A stretch of 64,000 nt of DNA from Paragordius varius (Eukaryota > Animalia > Nematomorpha), in contig OZ176057.1 in NCBI GenBank assembly GCA_964247055.1, forward strand, positions 4,030,001-4,094,000, written 5' to 3'. Within the stretch, counting starts at the first letter, position 1. Every line of letters begins with the position of its first letter. Below the pieces are notes generated by a model. That model did not search any database. It saw nothing but the letters and a program-made list of their open reading frames with translations, and was not told the origin of the DNA. Both the position numbers and the translations under genes were made by a program. Of the stretch, positions 30,068 through 44,663 are shown in pieces.

Positions 30068-30070
30068 TAT

Positions 30071-33000
30071 CTACCTGGCATAACAGTTTCCATTACATGC
30101 ATCTTGTCTACAGTAAAGAGGGCCCGTGATAGGTATTTGACAGAAAGAAACTCGTTGTGCACATGCATTACAATTGGGAGTAACTGGACCGAATGTACAT
30201 ATTACGTTACCAACTGGTAAAACAGTAATGGGACCGGCCGTAGCGTTTGTAAACAACGGTGGCAATGTTGCCGCCGTCGCTTGCGTAAAAACTATGCAAA
30301 TAAAAGAATGGATAAATAGAGAGCGTGCGTTATATAACTTCTCATAAAACAAAATGGAAATACATGCTTTCAGTCAAAAAAATGCCCGAAATTACCTTTA
30401 TAATATTTTTCTTATATTTTTTCTATTATCATTTTATATGCAGTATGTTACATATTCCGAATCATAATTCTTATTGCTCAGTTGTAAAGATGCGTGTTTT
30501 ATCTCATTTTTATTTATTGATATATTTATTTATCTATTTTTTTGGTTCAATTTTTTGGTTTTATTTTTTGGTTACATTTAAATATTAGTTACTATATATT
30601 TCAGTGTTTATTTTTATCTATTATTAATCTTCTTATTTATTGTATTTTTGTTTTTTTTATGGATGTTTTTTGTAAGGCGTGAAGGCCAGACCCGGCCAGT
30701 CGCTGCACGGAGGTAGGGGCCAATAGGGATGAGGAGTGTTGTAGAGTGTGTTTTGCCAGTATAAATGTTGGTTCGTTAAAAGTAAGTTATATGATTTAGT
30801 TGAAACTATGAAGGTAAAAAAGGTAAAATTTTTGTGCATTCAGGAGACCAGATACCGTGGAAATGGTATTAAGACGTTAGAGGGTAATTATAAAATGTTT
30901 TATTCAGGTTCTACGGATGGTTACAGTGGGGTCGTTATAATAGTGTGTCCAAGATTTGCCAATCAAGTAATTGAGGTTAGACGTGCTTACAGTAGAATTA
31001 TAAGTGTCGACCTATTGTTAAATAAGAGGGTTTTTACTAACTTTAGCTATGCCCCCCCCAGATAGAATTAACTTAACCGGAGAATAAATTTTATGATTTG
31101 TTAGACGCAGAAATGACTTCATTAACAAAAGACAGAGAAATCATATTTTGTGGTGATTTAAATGTGCACATGGGACAAAATAGGAGAGGTTTTGAGCCTT
31201 AGCAGGGCGGAAAAGGATACGGGGATATAAATAAAAAAGGGCCTAGTTTATTAAGATTTGCTCAATCTTATAACGCTATAACATACCTTTTTTACTAAAA
31301 GGGATAGCCATTTAATTACCTACGAAAGTGGAAATAAGTATCGATTATAATCTGGTACCCACGAAAGTCCTTTGAGTTTAATGTGGATTGCAAAGTTAAA
31401 CCTAACCTGCAGATTAGCACCATAATTTAATTATGTGTAAATATATGACAGATATACCAATAGATGCTAAAAAGCCTAAGCTTATAGCGCCTAAGGTAAT
31501 CAAACGGGATTCCTTAAGAAACAGTAAAGAATATGTAGAAACGGTAGGCATACTAGACAGGAACAGCGACCCAGAAAGTGTTTGGTCTCAGGTGGCAAAA
31601 AAATGAGAGAGACGGGAGTTAAGGTGGAATAAAAGGTGGCATAAATCAGGTTTATAGAGAGGCATGGTTGAAAGACGAAAAAATAACTCCGCGAGAGGAA
31701 AGTAAAGCTTTTAAATTGTCGAGGTTTACCCACCATGCAGACGACAAGGAAAAATATAAAAGGATTAAGGAACTTAAAGGTTGTAATTGGTCAAAAAAGA
31801 AAAGACGGCATCAATATATACGGTAAACAGTAAGCAAGGTTTTAACAAAGTTTTTGAAATTGATTGACAAAGACACAGAAGAAATTGCCTCCTTACGCGA
31901 CCGCTATTAAAGATAAAAACGGCAAATTACTCGTTGAGAAAGCGAAAATATTGAAAAGGTGGAAAGAATATTTTCAGCACCTTGAATTGGGCGTCAGTGA
32001 AACAAATTACACCAGATTATATATATGCGATAAAGAAGAAGTCCAGGCTGGTTTAGAAGAGATGTCTATAAATAAGGCTGCAGGTCCAGACGATATTAAC
32101 ATAAATTATTCCTAAATAATGTCAGAGCAAGGTATTGAGTTTTTTGACGGATATTTTTAATAATGTAGTTACTACGGGTATGATACCAACCGAATGGAAG
32201 GAGAGTTTCACTGTTCCCATTTTCAAGGGTAAAGGAGATATTAATTATTGTAATAATTACAGAGGGATAAGATTGATGTCGCATACAATGAACTTATTTG
32301 AAAAATTAATTAGAGAAACGAATGAGAAAAATGGTTAGAGGGTAATCAATTTGGTTTTATTCCAGGAAAGTCCACCATCGATCCGATTCACTTAGTAGAA
32401 GGGCTAATCGAGAAGCATATAGAAATAAAAAAGGAGTTGCATCGTATTTCAATTGATATTGAAAAGGCGTTTGACAATATACCACGGAGTACAATATGGT
32501 GGAGCTTAAGACAAAAAAACGTTTCTGAAAGTTACATAAAGATTCTAAAAAGCATGTACGATTCACACCTAACCAAAATTAAAACACACCAGGAAGTGTC
32601 AAATCCTATTGAAATAAACAAGGGGTCTATCAAGGGTCAGCAATCAGCCCGTTACTATTTATAATATGCATTGACGAAATTTCAAAAGAAGTAGGGCAAC
32701 ATGGTGGCTGGTATTTTCTTTATGCAGACGACATAATAGTGCTGTCCGACGAGTTGCATAAATTGAAAGAATTGGCGGGTAAATGGATTGATGTGCTACG
32801 ACGATGCGGTTTAAAAGTTAATAAAAATAAAACGGAAAAATTTCGGTGGAAAAAAACAAAAAATGGAAATAGTAGAAGGGTGGGTATATTTAGGAGCGAT
32901 TTTAGCAGCAGATGGTTATTTAACGCATGATATTAATCTAAGAATTCGAAATAGTTGGGCAAATTATAAAAAGATCTAATACTTTTTGTGCGATTAAAAT

Positions 33001-35491
33001 ATTAAACTAAAAGTCAAGGGTAAGATTTGCAGTGGTGTTGTATAGCCAACAATGATGTACAACTCACAGACATCGACATTAAAGAAATTAAAAGAGAGGC
33101 ACTTCGAGGTAACTGAAATAAGAATGCTTAGAATGACAAGGTGAGGAATGTTAACATAAAAGAAAATATGGAAATCAAACCGGTAACGCAAAAGATGATG
33201 GTAAATCGTTAGGTTTGGAAGTAGAAAGAAGAGATAATAACTTAAAAAGATTGATGTATTGTGAAAGGTAAGAGGGGAAGAGGGCGCCCTAAAACGCGAT
33301 GGATAGATACAGTTAAGAGGGACATGGGAGAACTCAACCTAAAACGCGAAGACGCCATAGATAAGGTTTATGGCGATATTTACGGATATGAGCGCTCGAA
33401 AGATTGATATTATATAATGTAATTATTATATTTATTAATAAAACAAAATTATAAATGCGATAAAATTTTGCGAAAATGTTGAGGTTAGTAAATCAGTTTA
33501 GTTTATATTTACTATTTATATCTGTTTTTACTAATCACCAAAGTGAGATTTTTTAGAAAATTTTTAACTTTAAGGGATAATTTTGCGGTGGCCATATATT
33601 TAGAAAGGGCAAAAACTGGCATCGTCAAGCAGCAATTTTTGAGCAATTGTTTATATTCCTTATTTAAATTAATCATTATAGTTAATTAAAAAATTCATAT
33701 TTAGGCCTGTCATAACCTTTTGAAAAATAACAAAAAGCTGTATTTTATAAGCTTGGCATGATCAACTGCATTTTAGTTTATCGAATTTATTATATGGCTT
33801 TTAACTCTTTAAATTAAATTTAGTTGTGTGTGTACAATTTAATTTTTTAAGCTCAATCGGGTTGAACACATTATGGTAAGCACTTGTTAACTTTTATTAC
33901 TATTGTATATGTAAAAAATATTTAAAGGGATATCCTTATATTAATAGTAATTTATAACTATTTTTTTATTTATCAATCATATTTTATACAATAAAAATGG
34001 AAATTATACAGACAAAACATAAAAATTATGTAGACAAATATTTTTTCAAATGACCACACTTTTGCATACATTTTTTCCTTTTAATTTGAATTTTAAAATG
34101 AATAATTGATTATAATTAATATCCATTTCTATTTCACGCTTTTCAATTTAAAAGCATGAGAATTATATTTAAAAAAAAATGGTTGATAAAAGTATACAGC
34201 TGTTGTCGTCTGAGCACAAAAAATATTTGCCTTTATATTTTCATGGTTTTGTCGATACAATTTCAAATATGTTACCCTAGTAATTATTACGCAAAAAGAA
34301 CTTTAATTGTTTTGGCCCTATGGTTAAAATTTGTTATGATGTAAATAAAAACCTGGACTTGGACAACAACATCCTTTGGGCTCGAATGCCCGCCGGTCGC
34401 AATATGAAAAGGTGCTTACGAACGGCCCAATGCAATCGGAATCTGTGAAGCATGGCTCCGTTGATGTTGCATTGTTTGGGCATCCAATGCAGACTGGTAA
34501 AAGTAAAGATAAATATTATTTTATTATATATATATATATATATTTGAGTGGGTGGGTAAAATACATCATTTACACCTCAAATTCACCCATAATACATAAA
34601 TAATGTGTTTATATTAAGATTAACCTATATTTTTTTAATTTTTTGTTAGAAGAATTCAATTTTGTTTGAAATTTAAATAATTAATACTGAAAAAATAATA
34701 TACAATAAAGATATATTTCATATTTATGATGAGATATATTGGTCAGAAACACATAATATATTTTTAGCGTCAATTTGAATAGTTTAATTGTGTAAGGGTA
34801 AATTTAAATTTGGTATATTGTAGTACCCTATTAATCAACGTTAAGTGTGTTTATGAACGTTTAAAAAATGAAAAATTTGACCACTTATCATTCCAATCAT
34901 TCATGATCTTAATGAGTAAATTAGTACCATTTAATTATATAAAACATTTTATCAAGTAAACCCAAGTTGATTGCTTCTAATGTGTTAATATCGATAATGA
35001 ATGATAAAAATTATAGATTTTAAAAGAATTTGTATTTTTTCCATTAAATTAACGTTTAAAATCAATATATAATTAATACGTTTTGACTTATTTTCAAAAG
35101 CGCACACCTATATGTAAATATTTAAAGGTTTTCCAATATATCATCTTATGCATTAAATACAAAATTGAGCGCATAAAAATTTTTTTTATGAATAAATAAA
35201 TTTATTTGACAATTTACAATAGGCGCGGTCAAAGGGTGCCGGTTTTTTGGGGAAATTTTTACCGCTACTGGGCCAAGCTTGTGTGCCAATCATCTAATAT
35301 AATATAAATTTTGGGAAAAAATTGTAATAAATTATGAATGGTTGTTTCTTAACCAATCTATAATTTCTATAATTGAATAACTAAGCCTACTTGATCAAAC
35401 ATATATCTAAACAATATAGCTGGCTAATAAAACTTACAGTAAAAATTGAAATAACACGGAAACATAAAAATATAACGACAAATATTTTTTT
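30071..35491 (-). CDS. Cys-rich secreted family gene G1
   Basis: Minus-strand exons 35491-35438 (tentative; hydrophobic KKIFVVIFLCFRVISIFT, no in-frame ATG), 35293-35218 (MIGTQAWPSS...PFDRAY), 34493-34353 (CIGCPNNATSTEPCFTDSDC...SYCDRRAFEPKGCCCPSP), 30279-30071 (TAATLPPL...CNACAQRVSFCQ...CRQDACNGNCYAR*). Phases 0/1/1 are all compatible; homologous to G2. Confidence 0.75.
30670..33390 (+). mobile_element. RTE-clade LINE, degenerate, in the last intron of G1 (antisense to G1)
   Basis: APE motifs FLCIQETRYRG and CGDLN; RT motifs CNNYRGIRLMSHT, IDIEKAFD, LYADDI; C-terminal KRGRGRPKTRWID-like segment. Many frameshifts; ends approximate. Confidence 0.9.
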
Positions 35492-37829
35492 CTAAAATAC
35501 AATCATAATTTTTAAATCTTATTTTTTTAATTAAAGTCATTATTTTAAAATCTAAAGTATAAAATAGAGTATATTAATAGCATAATCAATAACATATTTT
35601 ATGATTGTTAACGAATGATTTTAATATGATAAATTAAAGAGATTTATAAAAGTATGGTTGTCTTAAAAAAAAGATTTGTTTTTATACTTTTACGTTTTGT
35701 CCGTATAATTTATTTTTTAATGTGAAAGCAAATTTCGACAATTTTAATTTCAAATGACAATTAACTCTTCAAAAGGGTTAGTTAGCTCTTGGGTATATTA
35801 TTAACGCATAATATTTTACAAAAATATATATAGTTTAATGCATATGTTAAAATCTGAGAATATAATTTTCGTTCAATGATTGCCTGATATACTGATTATC
35901 TGAGTTTGTAACAAAAAATCAAAATAGTTAGCGGATAATAATAATGTTTTGTCGCATCAAAATGCTTAAATAACATTTTTTGTAGAATGCTTCTGAATTG
36001 CTCCTTAAGCTATAATATATTTATTTTATTAACAAAGAGTTAATAATCATGGCATGGGGAAAAATTTACTCCCTAATACACGGTTTGAATTCTAAGATAC
36101 TCACACAACCTATTTTAATTTAACCAAATTTATGGAAAGTATACCTGGGTTCCCAGAATGACCAGGAGAATATGGAAAATACTTGAGGTCATTTGATATA
36201 TGTATATTTAATAAACAGGGTTGTTATATAAAAATGTGTGTTAAAATTAATATATGTCGATAAAAAACGAATACTTAGCTATATTAATTTTTATTAGCGC
36301 ATAATTTTATAAATATATAGATTAGGTAGTAGATTAAGGAAGCGTTTTTTTTTCATATATTTGTAACTGGATTAGGGGTGTTTTTGATTGATACTTTTTA
36401 AATATTTTTCTAGTTTTATTAATTGAATTAAAGAAAATAAGGGTGGTATTTGCGATTGACGATTGCACAGCATTTACTTCTTAACACTTAATTAGGTTAA
36501 TATGTTGATTATGTAATTTTTTAATAATCATTCTATTAGAGAAATAATAAACTTTAATGAAGGCCAGCTTCATAAATATAGCAAACTAAAATAATGAAAA
36601 TATGAATGTTAGGATTAGGTAGACACTCATGTAGCTAGCTTGTTAGGTAAAAATTATTCAAAGTTTTTACAAGATTTCTCTTATAATTACCAATTTTTAC
36701 TTAATTATTACAATTGATAAAGAAACAATTATCCTGTATTAAAGAGAAAACTTTAGAGTTATGGTGCTTTTAGTTTTAACACTTACAAATCAATGTTATT
36801 TGCACTTATTATAATAATTCCACCGTTGATAAATAAGCGTACATATGTTAAATTATATGTTTTTAAGTTATAATTTTTATAGCCAATTGGCAATGTAATT
36901 AAAAATATATTTGAATATGTTTTATCATATATAATTAAATTATATAAGCTTCGAAAGTTTTACATGCGATAATTCTATTATAATATATTGTGCAATAAAA
37001 ATTTACGCATCTTGCCCTAATAATTCTGTATTAGGAGTTTTAAATATTTCAGAGTTTAGTCAAATATGATAGAATAATCACTTTATCTAATTCAATTTCG
37101 CTTAAGATGTCTAAGTTTTACGTAAATGATTCGTAGTTTATTTGATTAAATCAATTTCTTAAAAGAGAAGCAAGCATATACAGTAAAAGACAAACAAATC
37201 AATAAAATCGGATATGATACATCAAATAAATTATAAAATTGTTTATTAAAAAGTTTATAGCTGTTCATGCCGCAAATCCTGAAACACCTAAAAATTTTGA
37301 ATAAAATAATTTCAAATTCGCCTAAAATTACTTTGATATCATAATCCAGCATATATCCATATATCTTAACTGGAAACTTCGACTCTACTGCTTTTGCTTA
37401 AAAAATACCCCTATTTAAACGTATATATAAAAAAATCTAAAATTGCTTAATTTTTTACCTGCTTTTATTTTGTAGTATATTTTGAAATATTTAGTATAAA
37501 ATTTTGCCTTTACCAAAATAATTGTGTTTTTATACTGATATATTAGCATAAAAATATTTTTCTTACTGACAACATAAAATTTAAAAACCAGAAGAATCCT
37601 TACACATCTTTTTATACAATATAGTGTTCATTACTCACCAGATTTATTATATAATATATAGAGGCCGATATTCATTATTTAATTATCTTTAGTTTATATT
37701 TTAATTTCTTTTTTACGTTACACAAAGATTAATTATAGTAATTAAAAATTCACCCAATAAATTCATTTAATTTTAGCTGAATTATAATGCAATAATATTT
37801 AAATACAATTGCATATACAAGTTTGGGGG

Positions 37830-39498
37830 AGCTATTTGAAAAAAGGGACACTAAAATGATCCATATATGTGGATTATTTCGAAACATTATTTAATAGCTA
37901 TCTCATAAGATTTTCAAAACGGTGCATTCATACTAATACTGGTGTAAAGGCCCAAATTGACGGCTGACGGAAAATACCGCTATTAATTTTTACCTTTTTA
38001 TGGGTAATATTTAAATCATTTATTAAACTCTATGACTTCAGTTTTTTGAAAATTAGCTCCAAAGCCACGCCATTTTTGTATGGCGTTTCAGTTTGAAACC
38101 GGTAGACTCCTACCCATAAGTCTATATGGAGAAGCGGTAAGTTGGATTTTTTGCCTACCATCGTCTCATGGGTCAAAAAAATACCTTAACACTAAATAAT
38201 CGTTATATGATGGCGTATTTTTGCGGCATAAAGGCACCAAATTACCGGCAAAAAAAGGCTACTTACGGGTAATATTACGAACTTTAAATGAGCCCATATG
38301 GCCTAAGTTTTAAATTAGTTGCAAAAAAACGCAATTTTATAGTGGCACATTTTTTGGTGGGTAGCTGCTTACCAAGAGGCAGGTATAAAAAAAGCGTCGG
38401 GCAAAATTTTTGTGTTTATATGAGGATATCTGGAATTATTATGTTCACATGTTCCTATAAGTTATTAAAATATTGCTTCAAAACCAAAAAATTGTTCTAT
38501 GGCGACGAATTTTTCAGGACTTTTCTTAGCGACTCATTGATATAACCTCCTATAAAATATTTGTTTTTTTTGGGTAATTAATATTTCAGGCCCTTAGACC
38601 TGATAGGTTTGATCAAAATTAACTCCTAAACAACGCAATTTTGATATGGTGGCGCAATTTTAGGCGGGTAGCTCCCTGCTCAGAGACTTATACAAAAAAG
38701 CGCTTGATTAAATTTTTTTTACGGTACTTGGAATCATGATTAATTCCATATGCTCATTAGTTTTAAATGGCCTCAAAACAAAAAATCATTCTATGTTGGC
38801 CCATTTTTCACGGCGTAAAGGGCCTATTTAACCGCTAAATTAAAACACCGCACGATCTAAATTTCTACTTTTACGGGTAATATTTAAAACACGGATTGAA
38901 CTCATATGGCCTGATAGGTTTGAATTTTAGCCCCAAAAACACGCCATATCGATATGACCGGTCAGTTTTTAGCGGGTATCTCCTTACCCAGCAGCCATCA
39001 TCAAAGAAACGCTTGATTATAATTTTTGCCGTTTAACAGGGAATACCTGGTACCAATATTGAATTTATACGGTATCATACTTTGGGAGAAAATAGATTTT
39101 AAAAATTATTTTTGTGGACTTATTTTTTTTAAAAACAATGGCACTTTACGGGAGGAGCGGGTAAAAAGAGTGCCTAAATTAGAAAAGCGAGCCGAACATG
39201 TTCGGCCCAAACAAAAATAAGTTAAAAAAAATCATATTTTAAATCGAATGGTCCATCACGTTTTCCGGAAAATTGTCTCAAAGACACTGTGGACTTGTGT
39301 TAAAAAAAAACCGTTTTTCACACCGGGTGGGCCCGAACTGGGGGCCTAATTCAAAAAAAGGACGAAGCTATTGTCGGGGCATTCATTAATGATTATATTT
39401 TTTCGACATTTGGATTTGAATGGGTCTACCGGCTTTCCGGAAACAGATCACAAAGCCACCACTTTCCATTTTTATAAATGTATATATATTATATATAT
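37830..39498 (-). mobile_element. Helitron family H, long copy with ~4 internal ~300-bp tandem units
   Basis: Both flanking segments match 556-1070. Internal units led by (AA)CTCATATGGCCT...ACGCAATTT at ~38025, 38290, 38590, 38900. No Rep/helicase ORF. Confidence 0.7.
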
Positions 39499-40064
39499 GA
39501 AATTTCGATCACAAAATATAGGGTGCTTTCACGCATACAAATCATTTAATAAAACTCTTTATACAGTTATATTGTTATTTTAATCATTAGAAATTAAAGA
39601 ATTTTTCTTCAAAACAATATCCATCCATATTCAGATAGCAGACATTTAATTACCATTTAAAACTGAATGAATAAACCATAATATGAGTATGGTTCTCTTT
39701 TTGTGGCCTATGAATGAAAACTAAAGGTAGAAAATGTCATTCTTGTTGAAAATCAATTTATTAATTTCGGTGCATATAATACATATGTATAAATATTTGT
39801 ATGTGTGAATATATCGATAAAAACATTGAGATAGTTATGAATATTTTTGGTTGGAGTATGGCAGTAAAACAATAAAAATGAATATGGCAAAATAACATGG
39901 TATTCAAAAAATATAAGATTACATTGTTTTATACCAAAAGAAACTCAAATATATAAATAATTATAAGTTAGAAACTTATATTACACGTTTATTGCTTAAT
40001 GGAAAATAATATAAAAAATAATTAAATGTGTTTTAATACAAGCGTATTTAGCAGTGCTGCTCAA

Positions 40065-43000
40065 TTATCTGACAGTAAGGGGCGTATCATTTAACATACC
40101 AGACAGCTGGGTACAAAACATAGGTACGGTACATCTGCTATCAGCACATAACCGAAAAGTGCATTGTAAACAATTATCGATGCGACAATATATGGGTCCT
40201 TGTTGAATGTTGTACGTACAATTACCCGCGAATGCTGGGCAAGGGCGACACGGGTTTACGGGCAGGGTCCCTATGATACCACATGAAGTATATTCTGTAA
40301 ATTGCACAGGAAATATCGATGATACCGTGCTAGTTGTTTCAATACTCGGGAGACCTACTGTCGTTGGGGCTGTAAAAACTAAAATTAAACGTATAAATAA
40401 ATATTGTATTGTTTAAGGTATTGTTATACCTTATATGTTGCATAGTCTGCCGAATTATGGGGCTTATTTGCTACATTAAAAAGATTATATTTTTTGGATA
40501 AAGATATAGATGAGATTATATAGGTCCTTAAAAATAGAAATAAAGCTCCATGGTATAAATGTAAAACCAAATTACGCCAAACAGCTGATTATTGGTTTAA
40601 TGGTAAATTTTTTTAAAAAATATTTTTTCACATAGAGTTTAAACCAGTGATACTCAAACCGCGGCCCGCGGGCCGCATGCGGCCCTAAGAATGCTTTAAA
40701 ATTGCCCTATGACCATTACTTAATTATTTTTTTTATTGATGAATTTTTAAAATACCCTAAACAAATTTTCGCTTACTTTAATATTATTTATTTTCTTTAG
40801 ATTTAATTTTGGTAATTTTTATTTTTTACCGAATTTGAAAAATGTAGAAAAATTTCCCTACATTAAAATGATTTCAAAATTTTGGCACACGTTGTTTCTG
40901 TTTCTGTATTCTATTATCTTTTCAATTTTGAAATTTTTAATGCATTCCTTTTTTGTATTTAAGCAAGCCTTTCACCCAAACTTGCATATACATATTCTTT
41001 TCATTGCTATCCTGCATCATTTTTTATATCATTTCCATATATTTTTCAAATCAACTTCATAAAATTTCGCCCTGTTTTTTATAGCATAATTCAAATTATA
41101 TTCCTATTTTTTTAAAAAAAATTTACATAATATTTAAACATAAATTCAATGGATGACGTTTAATGCTAAAAAACGTAAATTATCCGATGAAAATCACTCC
41201 TTTAAAAAGAATGGGAGAATACTTTGTCGTTCCAAATAAAAATGGTGTTACCAGCCAGGACAACCTAATTATAAAAATACAACATTGAAACACATATTAC
41301 AATCCATTCTCAATTACCAAAAAATTATGAGGAAAAAAACGAAAAATATAAAAGGATTAAGGAACTATACCAGAAAGAAAAATCTATTATGTCCATAGCT
41401 TTCCCCTAGGAAAAAGGTGTAACATTAGCTTCTTATAAAATTTGCTATATTTTAGGAAATACATGAAACCGTTTACTGATTCCCAACTGATAAAAGAATG
41501 TCTAATAAATGGTTGCAGTTTTTTATTTGATAAATTCCATAAAAAAGATCAAATCATGAGACAATTAAGAAACTTCAACTTTCTGATTCAACATGTGTTC
41601 GACGCTTTGAAGATATGTCCAATTATATTTTTAACAATACATTATTGGCTCTGAAAAACGAATATTTTAGTATTTCTATTTCTAGCCCTGATATTAGTTC
41701 AACACCTCAATGTGCGCTCTTTGTGAGATTTTGCAACGACAACATAATCAACGAGGAATATTTAATATATTTACCAATTAATAATACCACGAAAAGTGGT
41801 TTTCTCAAAATAATTATCACTTATTTCGATAATAATGGATTATCTATGAAAATATTGGTTTCGATCTGCACAGATGGCTGTCCCTCTATTGGAATAAACA
41901 AATTTATTCCTTTTTTGAAAAACAGATATAATTTGCAAAATATTTTATCCTTTCACTGCTTTATTCATCAGCAAAACTTGATTTCGCGTGTAAAAGATGA
42001 ATCACTCAATTCAGTAATTAAAACGGTTGTGTATATAGTTAACCCCCTCCGTGGCAGATAATTCAACCGCCGTAAATTTTAAAGCCTTCTGAAAGATATC
42101 CACAGTGAGTTTGACAATATTCTTCTGTAAACCGCTAAGATAGCTAAGCCTTAGAAAAGTATTAAAGAGATTTTTTGATTTAAAGCATGAATTCTATTAT
42201 TTATGAAGGAGAACCGAAAGTCGTGGAAATTAATAGTGATAAATGGTGAGTTTATTAGCCTACCTTTGTGACATTTTATAAACTTAGTTTTTCAATACAA
42301 TGCTTCAAGGGACCAAAATAATAAAAATTTGCTAATCAAATATTTGCCTTTGAATAAAACAAGATATCATAAATAAACACTCCTATAATTTCCGACACCT
42401 AAAACGATTCTTGAATAAAACATGGAACTTACCGCGGAGATTAATTTAATAATAGACAATCATTTAGCATTTTTATCTAATAAGATGAAATTCTTCAAGA
42501 ATTAGAAATATTAATAATTGCTTAAAACTCGTTAAAAATCCATGGCATATGGATATACCAATAATAAGCAAATTAGGAATTTCGGTTTTGATCAGGCTAT
42601 CATAGAAGAATTCGTAGATTTTAAAAATGATTCCAATTTGGAGGCTAAATTCAAGGAGAATCATAGAGAAGAAAGATATGATTTGGCAAGATGTGCCAAA
42701 TAAATACGAAAATATAAAAAAATGTGCTCAAGTTATCCTAACTGTTTTTCCCTCAACTTATACACGTGGTCGGCATATTCAAAAATGAAGTATGCCAAGA
42801 ATTCATACAGAAATCGATTAACCGATGATCACATGGACGACGTATTAAGATTGGCTTGTCATGAGGCAAAACCAAATTTAATGGTGCAAAACGAGTTTTT
42901 AGCTGGATTTACATGCACAAAAAATTCATTGTGGTGATTTAGAGTATAAATATGTGCATATGTGTCAAATAGCTATGGAATATATTCGATTATAAGGTTC

Positions 43001-44094
43001 ATGCCCTCGAAAAAAAAATATATTTTATTTGGCCCGTCAAATTTTTTTAGTGAGTACCACTGGTTTAAACATAAAATACGTTAAACATTTAATGAACCTC
43101 AGCGGTTATCGGGGTTTAAATCCAACATGCTAAATTGCGGTAAAAGCCGAAAATTTATGAGTGCAATTTAACATTGAAATTCTTTAAAGAGATTGGCCAA
43201 TGAATATTTTTTAGGATATTTGACTAAACAATTATTATTTTATTTGTTATGTAAAACAGCTTTTTTAATTAACTAAAATCTTTTTTTTGCAAATTTCAAA
43301 TTTTTTCGCATTTAAGGATGGCTGAACTATGGGCTAAAATGGTGAGGCTTGCATTGGGTTCACAGTGAACTACACTGTGAGTGGAGAAATTAACCTTTAA
43401 CAATCTATTCAGTCGACTTTTTAATATTGAATAAAATAGGATCAAAACTATATGATAACCGTCCTCCTTTCAGTGAGTAGAATCATTGATAGTCAGTCAA
43501 TAATATATAACAAATATTCTTTTAAAATAAAGGGATAGTAAGTTTATATACATGGTGAGGCACAACAACACCCAAATAGTTCAGAAGCCCTTCTGTCACA
43601 ATAAGAATCCGTGGTTGCTTGGAGACAATCAAAATCTGAAGAACATGGGTCTGAAGACGTTGAATTAAACGGACAATCCTTGCAAACTATAAATTTTTAT
43701 TGTCAGTTAAGAATAGAGTAAAACATTAAATAAATATTAAGTTCGAGCTGTCTTTTCTTCAAAAAATCGATAAATTATAATTATTTCCTAACTTACTTAT
43801 ATTATTTAATTAAATACAACTTAAATATAATTATGTAATTAAATTAACCAAACTTACAATAAGCTCTTTCGAATGAGGCAAAATTTTTGCGAGAAATTCC
43901 ACCCTTTTTTGACGAAGGATAAGGTAGAATTTGGACAATCTATATTTATATATGAAAAATTCCTAAAATTTTTGGTGATAAATACATATTTTTAAGGATA
44001 TAATAAAGTGTAAATTTAGTTTGGGATTTTAAAATTAGTGTTGGAAATCTACCGCTAAGTGGAATACAATAATTGCCAGGATGATAATGCTCAT
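40065..44094 (-). CDS. Cys-rich secreted family gene G2 (187 aa)
   Basis: Minus-strand exons 44094-44053 (MSIIILAIIVFHLA, signal-like), 43939-43858 (...SFERAY), 43686-43552 (CKDCPFNSTSSDPCSSDFDC...SYCDRRASELFGCCCASP), 40369-40065 (PTTVGLPSIETTST... plus a 10-Cys domain). All GT-AG; total 564 nt in frame. Confidence 0.85.
40645..43062 (+). mobile_element. hAT transposon (Buster/SPIN-type), degenerate, in intron 3 of G2
   Basis: TIR CAGTG(A/G)TACTCA with a perfect 8-bp TSD GTTTAAAC; GCGGCCCGCGGGCCGC subterminal palindrome. Transposase fragments KPFTDSQLIKECL, SICTDGCPS, FHCFIHQQNL, NRLTDDHMDDVLRL. Confidence 0.92.
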
Positions 44095-44663
44095 GATTAA
44101 ACAAATTTTTTTTGAGATTGTCTAGCAAAATATTATTTATAATTTTATATGAAAATTAGAAACATAATTTAAATTATATGCCACCCAAAATTTGAAAAAA
44201 AACACTAAAATATATTAAAAACCATCTAATTTAATGATGTATTTATTGTTTGTAACAAAAAATTTTAATACATTTTTTAAATAATTTTTACCGATCAGGG
44301 TTTTATTTTATCCTATAATATCATTGCAGTAAAAAATGATAATAATTAATTAATATCGATATTTTTTACGAATGATACTAGTGATTGGAAAAATAGTAGG
44401 CGTTATAATAAAACATAATTTTTTTGTAAAATCAAAACAAAGTATTAGGTTTTGAAATATAGGAGTTTAAATATTTTATGAAACTGTGACATTGAAATGG
44501 ATAAATTATTAATTATGTATGATAATGTAAGGTGTCACAAAAAATTGATATTATTATAAGAAACCACTTTATTCATCGTTCATAGGTGTTTTAATTAATC
44601 TTTTACATAAATTTAAATATTCGGGTGCCACTAATTGTTTAGATAAAAATATTTGATTCCAAA
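44095..44663. promoter_or_regulatory. Candidate bidirectional promoter between G2 and G3
   Basis: Predicted start codons of the divergent paralogs are 570 bp apart. No specific motif identified. Confidence 0.4.

Noticed and set aside
34376-34603. Plus-strand ORF, and a possible TGA-TGT-TGC selenocysteine reading
   Set aside because: The minus strand gives a stop-free, splice-bounded exon homologous to G2 (SYCDRRA...GCCC).
43358-43381. Perfect short hairpin TCACAGTG-AACTA-CACTGTGA
   Set aside because: An 8-bp stem without supporting context, possibly a TE-end remnant.
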